A stretch of DNA of 64,000 bases from assembly GCA_038087875.1 (NCBI GenBank), contig CM075991.1, positions 12,650,001 to 12,714,000 on the forward strand, read 5' to 3'. The position numbers and the translations under genes are program-made. Of this stretch, positions 22,541 to 35,699 are shown piece after piece; position 1 is the first letter of the stretch; each line of letters opens with the position of its first letter. The notes under the pieces are model-generated. The model had not been told where the DNA came from, made no database searches, and was given only the letters and a program-made list of their open reading frames with translations. The stretch comes from Malacoraja senta. Lineage: Eukaryota.

Positions 22541-24512
22541 CTTGCTTCATAAGACTGGACACAGATCTGGGCGATAGATAATTGCGTCGGCCATGATAAC
22601 TGCCCTGGCCCTGCAGAACCAAAGCGTTTTCAGCAGAGCGCACATTAGTGTACACACCATCTGACTGATATCTGCCTGAACTCTGGACCACATGTACCGG
22701 AACAGCCGGGAACAAAGGAAACACCATGTTCCTCCCTGGGTGGAACGACTTTGTTTGTGTAAATGTGACTCATATTTGACAAAGTCAGCATACATCCACA
22801 GGTCAGAGTCACAGCAGAAAAACGTACACTTTGCTGGAGAGGTTGAATTGTATCTTCATATGAGGATTATAAAAGAAGATATATCGGAGTTTTCACGAAC
22901 GGCAGCACTGGGAATGGGGTGTTTGTTTCCCTGGGTCTTGGCAGTGATTTGTTTTTCATTTGAGTGGGTAATTAAGGGCAGGAGTGAGTGAGGTGCAGCG
23001 ACAAGCTGCCTTTCCTTGCTCTCCCCTGACTGATGCAGCACGAGACTTAGTCGTACACTGCCCTCGGGAATGTGGGGAGGGGAGGGGTCAATGGTCTTTA
23101 ACATGGAGCCTGTGGTGAGAGATGGTTGGATGGATGTGACTGAGTAGAGATACTGTGTGTTTCCACCCACTGTGTCGGCCTGACCCCACCTGGTGCACTA
23201 CGGTACACTTGCTACATGTTGGAGGGTTCTTTAATCCTTACAGGCAGCACAGTTTGAGTAGCTGCCTCACTCACAGCACCAGACACCAGCTTTGTCACCT
23301 TCCCATACCTAACAATGATCTAGTCCACATTTTCCTTTACCTCGTCCCCTTTCATGTCTCGTTTTCACACCTCACCCTTCCATATCTCTGTCTCCCTCTC
23401 CCCTGACTCTCAGTCTGAAGAAGGGTCTCGACCCGAGAGGTCACCCATTCCTTCTCTCCAGAGATGCTGCCTGTCCCGCTGAGTTACTCCAGCATTTTGT
23501 GTCTATTTTCGATCCTGACCTCAGGTTCTGTCACAGAGTTACCTGGGTCGGGCAGCATCTTGCGAGCTGGGTCCATATGTCCGTGCTGTAGTCGGGTGCT
23601 TGTTAGCCAGGAGGTCCTGGGAAAAAGACCTCACAGCGATCACGGGTCTAATAAATACTAATATGAATTTGTAACACAGTACCCCAAGGTGAGTAAATAA
23701 CAACACAACTCCACAAAGTATGGAGCGCTTCAGTGTATAGATATTGAAACTCTGCGTACAGAGCTGCCTCATAGCGCCAGAGACCCCGGTTCAATCCTGA
23801 CGAAGGCGGCTGTCTGTACGGAGTTTGCACGTTCTCCCAGTGACCACGTGGGTTTTCTCCGGGTGCTCTGGTTTCCTCCCACAATCCAAAGAAGTGCAGG
23901 TTTGCAAGTTGTGTGGGAAGAACCAGTAGACAATAGATAATAGGTGCAGGAGCAGGCCATTTGGCCCTTCGAGCCTGTAGATGCTGGTTTATACCGAAAG
24001 TAGACACAAAATTCTGGAGTAACTCGGCGGATCAGGCAGCATCCCTGGAGGGAAGGAACAGGTGACATTTTGGGTCGAGACCTTTCTTCAGACTGAGACA
24101 TGCCTCTCATTTCCCTTTCCCCTGAGTCTCAGCCTGAAGAAGGGTCTCGGCCTGAAACCTTACTCCAGAGATGCGTCTAAAGAAGGGTTTCGGCCCGAAA
24201 CGTTGCCCATTTCCTTCGCTCCATAGATGCTGCTGCACCCGCTGAGTTTCTCCAGCATTTTTGTCTACTCCAGAGATGCTGCCTGACCCGCTGAGATATA
24301 AAATGTAGGCTGGGTACTGAGCCAGTACTTTGAGACTATAAACACACGGGAGAAGAATTAGGCCATTCGGCCCATCGGGTGTGTTCTGAGTAGGTGTTGC
24401 ATGTACTTTGTGTGTGTTGTGCCTGCTTTGTTTCAGTGCTGTGTCTGTCTATGGAGGTCGTGGCCTGGGTTTGGGTTGGTGTTGACTAACTTGCCCTTTG
24501 CTTGTCATCCAG

Positions 24513-24657
24513 CATTGCTCACCTCTTGGAGCGAGGACCTGCGTAGACTTCTCCTCCTCCACCACCAGGCGAGCCGCTCCAATAGCTCGGCCGTTAAGCT
24601 GCCCGGCCCGCCCTCCATGAACTCCATGAAGCCTTCTCTTCCGCCCACACCGCACAG
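24513..24657 (+). CDS. ZMIZ2: ZMIZ2 exon (ZMIZ1-like N-terminal end plus ZMIZ2-type ATG at 24617)
   Basis: 145 nt, cag/gtatgt; [48 protein letters not shown]. Confidence 0.88.
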
Positions 24658-24726
24658 GTATGTTCGTACGTACGCCGTCACGTAACACACGGGGAGCGTT
24701 TGTCGGCGCTGGGCCGGTACTCACCG

Positions 24727-25440
24727 CAGTTTAGAAGGATGAGGGGTTGACCTCATTAAAACTTACCGAATACTGAAAGGCTTTGATAGAGTGGATGTGG
24801 AGAGGATGTTTCCACTAGTTGGAGAGTCTAAGACTAGAGGTCACAGCCTCAGAATAAAAGGACGTATCTTTAGAAAGGAGATGAGGTGGAATTTCTTTCA
24901 CCAGAGGGTGGTGAATATGTGAGATTCATTGCCATAGAAGGCTGTGGAGGTCGCCATTGGGCATTTTTAAGGTGGAGAGATTGTTGATTAGTTTGGGTGT
25001 CAGGGGTTATGGGGAGAAGGCAGGAGATCGGGTAGATGCACAGAGTCTCTTGCCCAGAGTAGGGGAATCGAGGACCAGTGGACATTGGTTTAAGGTGAAG
25101 GGGAAAAGATTTAATAGGAATCTGAGGGGTAACTTTTTCACACAGAGGGTGGTGGGTGTATGGAACAAGCTGCCAGAAGAGGTAGTTGAGGCTGGGAATA
25201 TCCCAACGTTTAAGAAAGTTAGGCAGGTACATGGATCGGACAGGTTTGGAGGGATATAGACCAAGGTCAGACAGGTGGGACTAGTGTAGCTGGAACATGT
25301 TGGCCGGTGTGGGCAAGTTGGGCTGAAGGGCCTGTTTCCACACTGTATCACTCTATGACTAGTGTAGCTGGGACATGTTGGCCGGTGTGGGCAAGTTGGG
25401 CTGAAGGGCCTGTTTCCACGCTGTGTCACTCTATGACTCT
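24727..25440 (+). mobile_element. Two juxtaposed CR1 LINE 3' fragments
   Basis: SRTRGHSLRIKG / FFTQRVVGVWNKLP motifs; duplicated tail. Confidence 0.8.
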
Positions 25441-25974
25441 GTAAAGCTTGGAAGATGTCTGTCAACTCTTGCTGCAGTATTATGATGACAAGGAGTTCTG
25501 TGTATCGCCGGTCGGTGGGTTTTGCAACAGGCAGGAAGGCTTGAGGAGGGAGGATGCAGGGATGGTCGTGGATTATGTGTGACGGTTCACGTCTGCATCG
25601 CGTAGCGGCACTTGACCCGTTGATAATTTGTTTTACGACCACGTGACGTACACATTTATTTATCCACAAACAATGCACGAGTCTTGGTGTTTATGCAATC
25701 AGAGGGTTTTATTAAAGAGGCCACTTAACCCGAAACGTCACCCATTCCTTCTTTCTAGAGATGCTGCCCGTCCCGCTGAGTTATTCCAGAATTTTGTGTC
25801 TATCTTCAGAATCAAGCTACAAGTTTTATATTATGTTTTGTAAAAATCTAACATTTCAAAAATGATGTGGATGTGTTAGATATTTGTTGCTGTGAGTGTT
25901 TCTGCCTTTTAGTGTATCCCTGCTGCTCAAACTGTTTCACTTTGAAACCATTTATTGAGCAGTTATCTCTGGGT

Positions 25975-26285
25975 GCATCTATGCAGCGAAGGAATAGGTG
26001 ACGTTTCGGGTCGAGACCCTTCTTCAGATTTATGTGGGGGGGGGGGGGGTGGGTGGGAAGAAGAAAGGGAGAGGGGGAGACAGTAGGCTGTGGGAGAGCT
26101 GGGAAGGGGTGGGGAAGGAGGGAGAAAGCAGGGACTACCTGAAATTGGAGGTCAATGTTCATACCGCTGGGGTGTAAACTACCCAAACGAAATATGAGGT
26201 GCTGTTCGAGCTCGGTCTCCTCCATTGTCAGAGTGGGACTAAACGCCAATTGGAGGAACAGCATCTCATATTTTGCTTGGGCAGC
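25975..26285 (-). mobile_element. Penelope-like element 3' end with hammerhead-like core
   Basis: LEQHLIFRLGSLHPSGMNID GIY-YIG-like C-terminus followed by CTGAAGAAGGGTCTCGACCCGAAACGTC at 26027-26000. Confidence 0.75.
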
Positions 26286-26616
26286 TTGCCTGAGTTACTC
26301 CAGCATTTTGTGTCTATCTCAGAATGCATGATTATCCCCTTATCTTGTATCTATACACTGTAAATGGATCGGGTGTAATCATGTATTGTCTTTCCGCTGA
26401 CTGGTTAGCACGCAACAAAAAGCTTTTCACTGTACCTCGGTACACCTGACAATAAACTAAACTGAACTGAAGATCGACTAACGGGATTGTGCTGGATTTT
26501 TATAATCTCGCTGCTGCTAGACGTAAGCACATTGTTTTTCTGTCTCTGGTTGCAAGACAGAGAGAGAGGCTTTGCTCGCACACTGACAGCTGCTGTCTTT
26601 TGCATTCCTTCCCCAG

Positions 26617-26734
26617 TGACGGCTCATTCACATACAATGATTCTGTTCCTTGGCAACAGAGCTCCACTCAGCCTCCGGCCTCACTTTCTGTGGTAACGAC
26701 AGTATGGGGAGTCAATAACACCTCCCAGAGTCAG
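26617..26734 (+). CDS. ZMIZ2: ZMIZ2 coding exon
   Basis: [39 protein letters not shown]; ccccag/gtaaaa. Confidence 0.95.
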
Positions 26735-29166
26735 GTAAAACTCTCTCCCTTTCTGGGCTTGCCTGGATATTTATTTATTCACTATTCCCTTGCAGCCTGC
26801 GCTACTGTTCCACCGCACGCCGACCTCCCCAACGCTCAGAGTCGTATCGGCAGTGTGGGGGAGGGAGGGGAGAGCACTCATGAGCAGTCGCCTCTCCTCT
26901 CCTCTCCTCGCTCCCACCGTTCTGCTCCAACTCTGCCCTCTGTGAAGACCAGACTCTTCAGTTGTGAAAGTGAGCGTCACTCAGGAGGAGGCCAGTTCAC
27001 CACCCACTCTTGATCAGTGCGGGTGTCAGGGGTTATGGGGAGAAGGCAGGAGAATGTGGTTGGGAGGGAGAGCCATGATTGAATGGTGGAGTAGACTTGA
27101 TGGGCCGAATGGCCTAATTTCTACTCCTATTCCTCATGACCTTATGACCAGAAATAGGATTAGACCTTGTCAGGAGTTGTCAGTTTCATCTCCCCCACCA
27201 CGTTGAACAGCAAACCTACCAACCAGCATGTTACATGCCAGGCCAGACATTTAAAATATCCACTTCACAACGGAATTTATGATGAAGTAAAACCACACAG
27301 GCAGTGAGTGATCTCTGGGAAACGCCAGCTACTGAGTAACTGGGCGTGGGATCAAACTGATTGCTGAGTTCAGTGGGTGGAGTGGGAATGGGATCAAAGA
27401 GATTGCAGACAAAATGTGTTGGAAGGAACTGCAGATGCTGGTTTAAACCGAAGATAGACACAAAAAGCTGGAGTAACTCAGCGGGACGGGCAGCATCTCT
27501 GGAGAGAAGGAATGGGTGACGTTTTGGGTCACCTATTCTTGATGTTTGACAGCAACAGCTCAATGGAAGAGGAGGTGGGCAGAACTATGACTGAAGGCTA
27601 ACGATGGGACTGTAGCAGGAAATGGCCTTGGCTCAGGAAGCCCACAGTGGAATATGTTTAGACATATGCTACAACAAAGGAAGTGTATCATTGGGGAAGT
27701 GGATATGAAGGAAATAGCAGCAGCATTGAATATTTTGCATCTGTCACCACGTTAGACAATACAAAAGATCCCACAACAAGTAGGGAATCACAGGGAGGAA
27801 TGTAAAGCGAACCCACCCAATGAAGGGAGTGCCTTGGACCAGTGATTGGGATGGAGGGCTAGTGCAGCATCAGGTCTTGATGCGTCAGCTCGCAGCATTT
27901 GGCTGGAGAGATCTGGTTGTGGTCTCCCCAAATGCCCTGGTTCTGCTCAGGTCCCAGTTGATGGGAAGGGCTGGAGGAGTCAGGAGGGAATCACAGGCCA
28001 CTTATCCCAACGTCAGATTGGAAAATTAGCAAAGAAATGGCAACAAAACACTGACAAAATAGTCCAGGAAGGAACTGCAGATGCTGCTTTACGCCAAGGA
28101 TAGACACAAAGCTGGAGTCACTCAGCGGGACAGGCAACATCTCTGCAGAGAAGGAATGGGTGACGTTTCGGGTCGAGACCCTTCTTCAGACTGAGAGTCA
28201 GGGGAGAGGAAAATGGGAGATATAGAACAAATAATGAAAGATATGCAAAAGAGTGACGATGACAAAGGGAAGAGCTGTGGGCGAGGTGGAAACTAGGTGG
28301 GGAGCGGAGGGTTGGGCAAGGGTCAAGGTGAATTGACAAACTAACTGGAGAGGTGGCAAAGATATCAGTGTCGGGACATCGGCTGTTTAGCCTGTATGAA
28401 TCATCCAGATAAAAGAACTAAATATATTGCGTCTAAATGAACTGTGATACAAAGGAAAGCAGGAAAGTAGGTTGTGGGGAAACTCAGTCTGCAAAGAGGT
28501 GTAAGCAGATGAAGGATAATGTAGGGAAAGTTAGTATCTTCACTTTGATGTGAAGAATAGCAAACCAGAATGTTAAATGTTGTGAGATTACTGAATCTTG
28601 GAGTTCTTGTACTGAGAAACTCTCTGTTATATTGTAATTATAAAGGGCACATTGTAAATGTGTTTTTAACTTTCTGAAAGGGTGCAGGAGTAAAACAGAA
28701 GGGTTCTACTGTGTTTAGAGCCTCTCACCATGTTTGGGGTTCTCTAGAACCAGGGGACATAGGTTTAAGGTGAAGTAGGTGGGACTAGTGTAGATGGGGC
28801 ATGTTGGCTGGCGTGTGCATGTTGGGCCGAAGGGCCTGTTTCCACACTGTTTGACGTTACTCTGTGTAGTTGTGTTCACGTTTAGTAAAGCCACGATGGT
28901 CCACTATGGGTTGTTCCGCATCTGTCTCACCCCAATGCTGATTATCGCCCTGACTCTTCACCCAATGTGGCCCCAGTTCCCAGACTCACTTTATATTTAC
29001 TGGGCTTGTTGGAAATGTTACATAAACACACAGTTTTTTCACACAAAAAATCAATTAGATGTGTGTAGGATTATTAATTGGAATAAAGTCAAATAGTCTG
29101 GGACTGCCCGTCCTTCACCAGCGGATGTCTGGTTACCGCAGTTCTATTTGCCTCGGTAGCGATGCA

Positions 29167-29462
29167 GGCGGCATGGTGGCGCAGCGGGTAGAGCTGCTGC
29201 CTCACAGCTCCGGAGACCCGGGTTCGATCCTGACTAGGGGTCAGTCTGTATGGAGTTTGTACGTTCTCCCCGTGACCTGCGTGGGTTTTCTCCAGGTGCT
29301 CAGGTCTCCTCCCACACTCCAAAAACGTGCAAGTTTGTAGGTTAATTGGCTTGGTATAAATGTAATATTGTCCCCAGTGTTAGTGTGTGGGGATCGCAGG
29401 TCGGCACGGACTCAGTGGGCCGAAGGGCCTGTTTCCGTGCTGTATCTCTAAACTAAACTAAT
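29167..29462 (+). mobile_element. HE1-like SINE, full length
   Basis: tggcgcagcgg A-box, ggttcgatcc B-box, V-domain, (ctaaa)n tail. Confidence 0.88.
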
Positions 29463-29798
29463 CTGTTCTCTGATCTGTCTGTTTAATTGGTAAGTTATCA
29501 CAAAGAGGGGTTTCAGTAAAGCGACCGGTTGTATGTGCAACAGACTTGGAGGAAATGTGGGTCAATGTAAGAAAGAAATGAAGCTTGGTTGTCAGAGGAA
29601 TATTGTGAATGTGCTGATGTACTGGAGGCAGGAACGGGGTAATGATTGGGGATGATCAGCCATGATCACATTGAATGGCGATGCTGGCTGGAAGGGCCGA
29701 ATGGCCTCCTGCACCTATTGTCTATTGTGTACAATTCTGAAAGCTGAAATCAAAAGCAAGTGTCCACTTGTGTTAAACCTCTGCTGCCCCTGCCACAG

Positions 29799-30007
29799 GT
29801 CCTAGGGTCCCCTATGCCTCTGGGCGGGAACTCCAGTGGGAATCACATGTCGTCCGGGATACCCGGGAACGGTCCAGGAATGAACTCTCCGCCCTTCATG
29901 GGACAGCAGGCGTTCCCGACCACAGAGACGGCCTCGAGCAAGGCATACATCCAGCAAAGTATGTACGGGCGACCCAACTACCCTGCGGGAGCAGCGTATG
30001 GAGGAAG
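29799..30007 (+). CDS. ZMIZ2: ZMIZ2 coding exon
   Basis: VLGSPMPLGG...MGQQAFP...YIQQSMYGRPNYPAGAAYGG; cag/gtaacc. Confidence 0.93.
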
Positions 30008-30144
30008 GTAACCAAGTGAATAAGAACTCAGCCACACTCTGGTTTAAACCAGCATCTGCAGTTCCTTCATACACGCCAACTTTCTCATCCACTCTTCCCA
30101 CTAATGCTCTCTCTCTCTCTCTCTCTCTCTCCCTTTGCTTTTAG

Positions 30145-30343
30145 TTACTCTGCTGGCCCAAATAGTTCGGGTGGGATGGGAATCCCATCGCATTCCCGGC
30201 CTCCAACGCACTTCACACAGCCCGCTGCCGCTGCTGCAGCTGCAGCCGTTGCTGCGGCTGCGGCAACTGCCACCGCAACTGCCACCGCCACTGTGGCAGC
30301 GCTGCAGGAGAAACAGAACCAGGACATGAGCCAGTATGGACCG
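30145..30343 (+). CDS. ZMIZ2: ZMIZ2 coding exon (Ala/Thr-rich motif)
   Basis: [44 protein letters not shown], the ZMIZ alanine-rich motif; QEKQ is ZMIZ2-type; tag/gtaaga. Confidence 0.96.
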
Positions 30344-31109
30344 GTAAGACATGGACAGTACCTCTGCCTGACCTGGATGGAGAGACAAAATAGAAAATAA
30401 AATGTTGGAATAGTGAGATACACAACAGATGCTGGAACTCTGGAACAAAGTAGAATGTTTGAGATACCCAGCAGATCTGGCAGCATTAATGGAGAGAATA
30501 ACATCATGATCTTACATCAGACTGGCCAGTTCTATCACAAACAGGAAAGGCTGGTTATCTGAATTGTTCAATTCAGTATTGAATAGTGAATGGCCCAGAT
30601 AGAGTGGATGTGGAGAGGATGTTTCCACTAGTGGGAGAGTCTAGGACCAGAGGGCACAGCCTCAGAATAAAAGGACGTACCTTTAGGAAGGAGATGAGGA
30701 GGAATTTCTTTATTCAGAGGGTGGTGAATCTGTGGAAACCCTTGGGTCTCCTTTAGATGTTTCCCGTCTCACCTTAAACCTGTGGCCACCAGTCTGAAGA
30801 AGGGTCTCGACCAGAAACGTCGCCCATTCCTTTTCTCCAGAGATGTTGCATTTTGTGTCTATGTTCGGTGTAAACCAGCACCTGCAGTTCCATCCTACAC
30901 AGGCCAGGGCTGCTCTCGAGTTGGTGATAGGATGGTTCAGATAACATCAGGGGGGAAAAGAAGCTTTGCTCAGTCTGACATCCAGTAATGTTCATGAACG
31001 TTTATGGACAAAGAGACTCATTAACTGGCTGAGAAATGTCAGCTTCCTACTTGATATTCACACATTCAGCAAAACACTTGCCTGATGTTTCATTTGATTT
31101 TTGTTTCAG

Positions 31110-31370
31110 CTAAGTGCAGCGCAGTCTTATAATAACCAATACCTGAACCACTCTGGCCCCCGGGGCTCACCGCAGATGTCCACAGGGATGACCGCAGGAG
31201 GCATGGCCGGAACGAGTATCCCACACATGTCCATGAGCCACTCCAGGTCTCCTGGTATCAACCCCATGTTCTGTGCCCAAAGCCAGCGAATTCCCCAGCC
31301 TGGGTACGGAGCTTCCCGAAGCGCACAGCAGATGCCTGGGCAAGGAGTGAAGAGGCCGTACGTCAGTGAG
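31110..31370 (+). CDS. ZMIZ2: ZMIZ2 coding exon
   Basis: LSAAQSYNNQYLNHSGPRG...GVKRPYVSE; 261 nt, cag/gtaacg. Confidence 0.92.
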
Positions 31371-31819
31371 GTAACGGGGTCGTTCATGCTGCTGTCCTGA
31401 CCATTGTTCCTGCACGCCCTGCTGTGGGTAAGGGCAATAACTGCTCACATGCAAGACATCGAGGGCTGGGGGTGTGCTGCCCACACTCTGCTGGAGTTGC
31501 ATCTCCCAGCTCCTTGCAACTCCCAAATGCTGAAAGAAGTTGTGCTCTCGTGAGATTAAGAATGTGATTTATCAAAGCATTTATATTTGAGGGAAGGGAA
31601 CCAAGGTTCGGGCCAGGTAATTGTTCCGAATGGGACTCATTGCCTTGGCTCTTATTAAAGGAAGGTCTCTCTCTTGACATGCTGCTGATTTTTCTACATG
31701 CATTCCATGCACATGGATTTGATTCCAAATCTCAATTTATTGGGCAGTAATTTGTGAATTCAGTAAGGGTAAATTTCCATTATCCAAATGGCTTGTATAC
31801 CAAAAAGGTTAAAGGTTAC

Positions 31820-32468
31820 ATAGATACATAGAAACATAGAAAATAGGTGCAGGAGTAGGCCATTCGGCCCTTCGAGCCTGCACCGCCATTCAATATGATC
31901 ATGGCTGATCATCCAACTCAGTATCCCGTACCTGCCTTCTCTCCATACCCCCCGATCCCTTTAGCCACAAGGGCCACATCTAACTCCCTCTTAAATATAG
32001 CCAATGAACTGCCGTCAACTACCCTCTGTGGCAGAGAGTTCCAGAGATTCACCACTCTCTGTGTGAAAAAGTTTTTCCTCATCTCGGTCTTAAAGGATTT
32101 CCCCCTTATCCTTAAGCTGTGACCCCTTGTCCTGGACTTCCCCAACATCGGGAACAATCTTCCTGCATCTAGCCTGTCCAACCCCATAAGAATTTTGTAC
32201 GTTTCTATAAGATCCCCTCTCAATCTCCTAAATTCTAGCGAGTATAAGCCAAGTCTATCCAGTCTTTCTGCAGTCCTGACATCCCAGGAATCAGTCTGGT
32301 GAACCTTCTCTGTACTCCCTCTATGGCTATAATGTCCTTCCTCAGATTTGGAGACCAAAACTGCACGCAATACTCCAGGTGTGGTCTCACCAAGACCCTG
32401 TACAACTGCAGTAGAACCTCCCTGCTCCTATACTCAAATCCTCTTGCTATGAAGGCCAACATACCATT
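31820..32468 (-). mobile_element. CR1 LINE ORF2 3' fragment
   Basis: MLAFIARGFEYRSREVLLQLYRVLVRPHLEYCVQFWSP...RRLRGDLIETYKI...FFTQRVVNLWNSLP, frameshifted. Confidence 0.92.
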
Positions 32469-32858
32469 TGTTATGTCCAGAGTCGTGGCTGATATGTGGA
32501 GGATGTAATGAAATGGAAAATAGTGAGGAGTGGCCAGCCTAGTTACGGGCTGGATGTTAAACAGACCTGGTGTCTAACAGGACTGACTGATACTGGACGA
32601 TACTCAGAAATAGCATGTACCTGAGTCACAGAAAGACTTGTACGCATTTGCCTAACAAAAACAGTAAATGTAAATTCTTGGTTCTAGTCGAAATATTTTA
32701 ATTTTCTTTTAGTGACAATGAACTGAATCTTTTACTTATTGTTAGACCATCATGAATTTGCAACATGTTTTGTATTTTAAAAGTTTTTTTACACAGAGCA
32801 ATTGTTTTGATGAGAGGCGGGGCAAAGTGTCTGAGGCAGTTGTGTTCTGTGCCCTTAG

Positions 32859-33041
32859 CAAAGCTATCCTGGTCAGCAGTACGTGGCGAGCAGTCAGTAC
32901 CCCAGCCAGCCCAGCCAGTATCCACCCTCCAACCCCCAGCGGTCCATCCCGTCTCCCAACTACCCAGCACACAGGATGCCAAGCCAGCAAAGCAGTGGGC
33001 AGTACCCTGTGCCTCCAGCAGCAATGAGCCAGTACTACAAG
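32859..33041 (+). CDS. ZMIZ2: ZMIZ2 coding exon
   Basis: QSYPGQQY...[31 protein letters not shown]; 183 nt, tag/gtagga. Confidence 0.92.
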
Positions 33042-34157
33042 GTAGGAACAGAATGTGGACATTGCCAACTTCAATATGTGCTTTATTCTCTTGCTGGGAC
33101 TGGACTTTGCTGCCTGCCCCCACAGTGGGAACCATTGTGGGGGGATGTCTTTATGTTTATTGTTAAATTCTTTAATGCTGTGTCTTATCTTTATTGGTGT
33201 GCTGCATGGCAAGTCAAATTTCACTGCACCAGTTGGTGTATGTGATAATGAATGTCCTTCGTATCCTTTATCCTTTGCTGCATTAGCCAAGATGCAAGAG
33301 GCATTACAATGGAAGAGATTGATCTGCTGTAATGCAGGGTGGAGCAGCGGGGAAAGGGTTTCTCTTGAGATCCCTCTTCAATCTCTCCCCTCTCACCTCT
33401 AAGCCTAAACCCTCTCGTTTTAGAACCTTCAGCCTCAATGTTAACTCTGTTTCCCTCTGTGCACCTGCTGAGTATTTTCAGTTTTCAGTCTTGTGTGTCA
33501 CATTCCTGGCATCTCTACGAGGGGTATGTGGGGATGTAGAGAGGTGCCGAGACTTGGGTTAGGAAGAGGCGTGGAAGGTTTTGGCTTTGTTCACCAGCAT
33601 CATCGGGGCCAGAATGCAGCCACGCTCGCTGCAGAGTTGATGGGTTCAGCATCTTCCCAGCTGTCAGTGCCCATCAGTTTGGACAGGGATGATGAGCAAG
33701 AGGGTGAGCTTCAGACATTAAGTCACCACACGCAACAAAAGCTTTTCACTGTACCTCGGTACACGCGACAATAAACTCAAGTGTAAACATCTTTACATTT
33801 GCCCAAGTGATTCCGACCCTGGATAAGCTCTGGACAACACTTTTTCAGCAGCTAAACAGATAATAAGGTCTTAAGCTCATAAGTCAATAAGGTCATAAGC
33901 TATAGGTCAGAAAATAAGGTCATAAGCTCCTAAGTCATAGGAGTAGAATTAGGCCATTCGGCCCACCCATTCAATCATGGCTGATCTATCTCTCTTTCTC
34001 CTAACCCCATTCTCCTGCCTTCTCCCCATAACCTCTGACCCCGGTACTAACCAATGAACCCTGTGGCACTGGTCAGCTTGAGGTTGAGTGGGAGGACTTG
34101 TGTTGGGATGTTTGCTTTTGTTGATGGCCACATTTGTTGGGGTTTTGTGTTTTACAG

Positions 34158-34229
34158 CCATCTGAGAAATATAATGGGCAGAGTAACAGCTTCATGTGTG
34201 GCAGCTACAACCCGGCCAATATTACTGGG
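34158..34229 (+). CDS. ZMIZ2: ZMIZ2 coding exon
   Basis: PSEKYNGQSNSFMCGSYNPANITG; 72 nt, tacag/gtacgt. Confidence 0.85.
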
Positions 34230-35699
34230 GTACGTACTTCTAACTTTCAGCAACGGCCAACAATAAACAGACCAGCTCTGAATACAGCCATCAAGGCTGA
34301 GGATTCACAGCAGTTACATTTTCTTTACATCGCACAGATTTTTTGTTTAATTTAGAAGTTTCAAGGAATAGAAATTGGTGGAATTACTGCAGTAAAATAT
34401 GACTTATTCTTTTACAGGTGAATGAACCCAAATTAAACATTGCATAATCAGAGCACCATATGTACATCATTTATCAAAGTGCATAGCTGTCAGTAAACTG
34501 CTTACATTCTGAGCTTGACCATTATATAATCATACAGCATGGAAACAGGCCCTTCAGCCCAACTTGCCCATACCGACCAACATGCCCCATCTACACTAAG
34601 TCCCACCTGCCTGCGTTTGGTCCACGTCCCTCTAAATCTATCCTACCCATGTACTGGTGTAAATGTTTCTTAAGCATTGTGACAGTCCCTGCCTCAACTA
34701 CCTCCTCCAGCAGCTCGTTCCATACACCCACTACCCTATATGTATAAAAGGTTGCCCCCTAGGTTCCTATTAAATTTGTCCTCCCTCACCTTAAACCTAT
34801 GTCCTCTGGTACACATATCCACTGCATACACACCATGGGATCTGTAGCAAAAACCAGATACACTTTTCATCAGTCTTTTTAAACTGCTGCACGTCCAGTT
34901 TAATCCGTGATCCCAGACAGGGTCTTGCCTGCTGACAGTGCCTGCCGGCTGTGACGGTACCTCTAACCAGTCAGCAATCCTCAAACATGGACTGTAGACT
35001 TGCTGATCATTATCAGGCTTATATAAAACTGCAGAGCAGAGTGACTGCACCTAATACTGGCTTTATCTGCAGGAAGGAACTGCAGATGCTAGTTGGCACC
35101 AAGATAGACACAAAATGCTGGTGTCTCAGTGGGTCAGGCTGCATCTCTGGAGAGAAGGAATGGGTGCCGTTTCGGGTCTGAAGAAGGGTCTCAACCCGAA
35201 ACGTCACCCATTCCTTCTCTGGAATGGGTGCTGCCTGTCCCGCAGAGTTACTCCAGCATTTTGTCCAAGACTTGCTCTGTCTACATAGTTTACAGTAAGA
35301 GACACTCAGACAGGGTACTTGATTGTATTTATGTATAGTATTATCTGATGTGTTTGGATAGCATGCAAAGAAAGATTTTCACTGTACCTCGGTACATGTG
35401 GCAACAATAAACCTAAACTCAGGGCCAGGAATGTAACCCAAAAGCAATTCACTTTTTTTGAAGTATAAAAACTTTTTATTGAGAAATTCGAGAACCCTTG
35501 TTGGGGGAGCAGAGGCAGAGGAATGGTGTTTGAGGGGAGGAAAGGAACTTTGGACGTCTCTGGGACATTGTTGACTCTGCTGGAGGAGGTTAAGAGGAGC
35601 ATGGTTTCCAGCATGGTCTCTGGGCCCCTGGAAGGGTTTATGCATTGTGAATATTATGCTGTATATTTAAACCAAGTCATCCACACTTTTATTTTGCAG

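Noticed and set aside
22618..22650. ALQNQSVFSRA (and ESFNYSATVVL near 11820) as ZMIZ N-terminal exons
   Set aside because: No suitable splice sites, and the conserved WCGDPRAF motif is absent
29167..29240. tRNA gene
   Set aside because: A/B boxes belong to the tRNA-derived SINE head and continue into the V-domain and tail; the same holds for the other copies
30145..30507. Antisense Ala/Val-rich ORF
   Set aside because: Shadow of the ZMIZ2 alanine-rich exon
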